In this document: piece after piece, positions 61,353 to 64,000 of the stretch
How positions within the stretch are numbered: position 1 is the stretch's first letter
How the letters are laid out: every line of letters starts with the position of its first letter
DNA from: Armatimonadota bacterium
GTDB taxonomy: Bacteria; Armatimonadota; Fimbriimonadia; Fimbriimonadales; GBS-DC
NCBI GenBank assembly: GCA_037445735.1
Contig: JBBIJY010000001.1
Span: 1 to 64,000 of the forward strand
Reading direction: 5' to 3'
DNA: 64,000 nt
Made by a program: the position numbers and the translations under genes
The notes under the pieces: generated by a model
What the model was told of the DNA's origin: nothing
Seen by the model: only the letters and a program-made list of their open reading frames with translations
Database searches by the model: none

Positions 61353-61393
61353 CGGCAGGCAGTATACCCCGCACATCAGAGCAGAGCGGTTTT

Positions 61394-63475
61394 TTACGCA
61401 ATCAGCTGGGCAGCAGCTTCGATGGAGGTGTGGATGGGGATGTTCGGGGGCAGATTGGCAAGAATCGTTTTGCCGTAAGGGCGCGTGCGGATACGGGCAT
61501 CCAGCAGGCAGACGACGCCCTTATCGTCCGCGCGACGAATGAGCCGCCCGAACCCCTGCCGAATCTGCTGCTTGGCTAACGGCAGCGTCCAGCTTTCGAA
61601 GGGGTCTTCACCCCGCAAGCGCAGCAGGGCATGGCGGGCTACCTGCGGCGGGCTGATCGGCACCTCGAACGGAATTCGCACCAGCACCACACAGCTGAGC
61701 GTTTCACCCGGCGCGTCAAACCCTGTCCAGAACGAGCGCAGTCCGAACAGCACCGACCCGGTATCCTCCCGAAACCGCTGGGAGAGGTCGGCGGTCGCAC
61801 TGTCGCCCTGCACCATCAGGCGCAGGTTCGGCAACGGCGGCAGGCGCTCCCGCACCGCCTCCATCTCCGCCCGCGAGGTGAACAGCACGAGCGCGCGCCC
61901 GCGCGTCGCCTGCAGAATCGCCGTCAGTTGCTGTGCCACCGCCTGATAGTATTCGGGCGCGTCGTGAGAACGGACGGAGCGCGGTGGCGGCGGCAGGGCA
62001 CCCCGCGGCGGCACATAAAGCGCACACTGACGCGCATAGTCGAACACAGGGGGCAACTGGAGCGTGCGCACCGTTTCGGGCAGACCCACCTGCCGCCGAA
62101 AGAACTCAAAAGAGCCGTCGATGGTGAGCGTCGCGCTCATCAGAATCGCAGGCTGACGACCCCAGAGATGCGCCGCCAGCCACGGCGCCACCTCCAGCGG
62201 CTGATAGCACGCCCGCCAGCCCAGCGGCGACCCCTCCAGCCAGCTCACCCCCTCCCCAGGATTCACCAGCAGGTTCAAACCCTGATAGTACTGGCGGAAC
62301 CAGCTCGCATATTGATTGAACGCCTCGCGCACAGCCGCATACTGCGCGTTGGTCATCTGGTGACGATGGCGGTTCAGCTCGCTTTTCAACTCGCTGAAGA
62401 ACTGGCGCAGCGCCTGCTGGAGGTTGTCCACTATCATCTGCATCAGGGGCAGCCAGTCGGGACGCGACGCCTTCTGAACCGCTTCATCCTCCATCAGCTC
62501 CGGCGGGCTGATGGCAACGATACGCCCTTCAGGTGCCAGCTCCGCGCCGCTGAGCGGCATCACGGCAGCATGGCAGCGCTGCGCCAGCACCTGCACCAGC
62601 TCCGCAATGGTGTTCAGCAGCGGCTCCGGGCGCTGTTCGCCTTCCAGCGCGTTCGCAATCTGGTGGCTGAGGCTGGCGGCGTTGCGCACGATCTCCTCCA
62701 GCGTTTCGAGCGAGAGTTCGAACTCCAGCGCATTACGGGCAGCTTCAGGTAAATCGTGTGCCTCATCCACCAGCAGATAATCGTACTCGTCCAGCAGTCC
62801 CTCCGCACCGCTCGCCTTGAGCAGAGCATCGGTCAACACCACCGAGTGGTTGGTGATGATGAGGGAGGCGTTCACCGCGGCGCGGCGCTGGCGATAATAA
62901 AAACAGCGTCCATAATGCTGGCAGGCGCGGGCGCGGCAGGCGGGCGGCGTGGCAATCCGACGCCACACATCGCGCAGCAGGCTGTCGGGCACGCCCTTGC
63001 GCCGCAAAAAGGGCATCAGCTCGCTCTCGGTGCCCTCCTGCGCCAGCGGAACCCACTCCCGCAGGAAACGCTGCAGCGCCGGTTCCAGAGAGTTGTTCTC
63101 ACGCCCGACAATTCGGTCGATGCAGGCGTAGCGGGACCGACCCATCACCAGTTGCCCGCGCAACTGTTTGCCCGCCTCCCCGAACAGCTCCAGCGCGAGC
63201 GGCAAATCCTTGCGCCAGTACTGCTCCGCCAGCACATTGGTGTAGGTGGACACTACCACCCGCTTGCCCGTTTGCAGCAGCCAGGCAATCAGCGGAATGA
63301 GCGCGCCGAGACTCTTGCCGACACCCGTGGGCGCCTCGACGCAGGCGGTTTGACCCCCATGCAGGCATTCAGCAATAAACTCCGCCATCTGATGCTGGAC
63401 AGGACGCACCTCGAACCCGTCCCGCGCCTCCAGACGGCGGAAACCCTCGCGTATCGCTGCTTTCAGTCGCTCCAT
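61394..63475 (-). CDS. DinG family ATP-dependent helicase
   Basis: [13 protein letters not shown], Fe-S cysteines, SATL and QGFGRLIR. Confidence 0.9.
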   Translation of the reverse strand: MERLKAAIREGFRRLEARDGFEVRPVQHQMAEFIAECLHGGQTACVEAPTGVGKSLGALIPLIAWLLQTGKRVVVSTYTNVLAEQYWRKDLPLALELFGEAGKQLRGQLVMGRSRYACIDRIVGRENNSLEPALQRFLREWVPLAQEGTESELMPFLRRKGVPDSLLRDVWRRIATPPACRARACQHYGRCFYYRQRRAAVNASLIITNHSVVLTDALLKASGAEGLLDEYDYLLVDEAHDLPEAARNALEFELSLETLEEIVRNAASLSHQIANALEGEQRPEPLLNTIAELVQVLAQRCHAAVMPLSGAELAPEGRIVAISPPELMEDEAVQKASRPDWLPLMQMIVDNLQQALRQFFSELKSELNRHRHQMTNAQYAAVREAFNQYASWFRQYYQGLNLLVNPGEGVSWLEGSPLGWRACYQPLEVAPWLAAHLWGRQPAILMSATLTIDGSFEFFRRQVGLPETVRTLQLPPVFDYARQCALYVPPRGALPPPPRSVRSHDAPEYYQAVAQQLTAILQATRGRALVLFTSRAEMEAVRERLPPLPNLRLMVQGDSATADLSQRFREDTGSVLFGLRSFWTGFDAPGETLSCVVLVRIPFEVPISPPQVARHALLRLRGEDPFESWTLPLAKQQIRQGFGRLIRRADDKGVVCLLDARIRTRPYGKTILANLPPNIPIHTSIEAAAQLIA

Positions 63476-63528
63476 CCCTATCTATCGGTCTGGACTGCGG
63501 AAGCGGAGCTTCCGCACTCATACCGCTG

Positions 63529-64000
63529 CTATAGCGGCACCGCCTGAATGCGGCGCAGCGTGCGGGCGAACAGCCGCGCGATTACCTCGGTCGCCTGCGC
63601 CATCACTTCGGTAACCGCCGAATGATCCAGGGGTTGGTCGGTCAGCCCTGTGCCCGGATTGGTGACGACCGCCACCGCCGCATAGTGGATCCCTGCCTCA
63701 CGGCACAGAATCGCCTCTGGCACGACGGTCATGCCAATCACATCGCCGCCGAGCATGCGAAACATGCGGATTTCGGCAGGTGTCTCGTAGCGCGGTCCCG
63801 ACGCGCACACATACACCCCCTCCGATTGCACGCTGAGTCCCAGCTCACCTGCCGATTGGAGCAGCGCCTCGCGCAGCAGCGGGCTGAACGGTTGCGAAAA
63901 ATCGGTATGCACCACCTCATGCTCAAACAGCGTATGAACCGTGCGCGTGAAATCGAGAAAATCGCTGAGAATCACGAGCGTGCCAGGGACCCAATCAGGG
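63529..64000 (-). CDS. MTA/purine nucleoside phosphorylase (5' end outside the window)
   Basis: HTDFS.PF, GPRYETPAEI and GMT.VPEA.L.RE. Confidence 0.88.
   Translation of the reverse strand, partial: PDWVPGTLVILSDFLDFTRTVHTLFEHEVVHTDFSQPFSPLLREALLQSAGELGLSVQSEGVYVCASGPRYETPAEIRMFRMLGGDVIGMTVVPEAILCREAGIHYAAVAVVTNPGTGLTDQPLDHSAVTEVMAQATEVIARLFARTLRRIQAVPL

Overview
A ~63% GC (by eye) chromosomal window, most likely from a thermophilic Armatimonadota (Fimbriimonadales-like) bacterium. That placement is inferred from the prepilin/H-X9-DG genes, PEP-CTERM proteins and repeated dockerin-like 'DDADLLxVLFxFG' C-termini. Most of it is housekeeping: nuoG, pepP-like peptidase, acyl-CoA ligase, flgA-H-I-J-N-K-L-fliW-csrA, mltG, gatB, recO, ruvB, tricorn protease, hmgA, ogg-like glycosylase, fucI, tRNA-Ala, greA, nfi, rplY, rpoN, a diguanylate cyclase, hppA and dinG. 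Accessory elements are: an internally deleted Rhs-like gene next to a LuxR-type regulator frameshifted at a C15 tract; a five-heme cytochrome c coupled to a degenerate copper-amine-oxidase-like protein; an SfiI-like R-M pair; a stand-alone three-gene Mu-like capsid module (protease/scaffold, cement, major head) with no other phage genes in the window, bracketed by palindromic repeats; and an array of prepilin/H-X9-DG genes alternating with small single-TM Pro-rich partners. Two families of palindromic repeats are dispersed through the window, and one is inserted in frame in flgJ and flgH. All protein calls come from motif recognition, not database searches.
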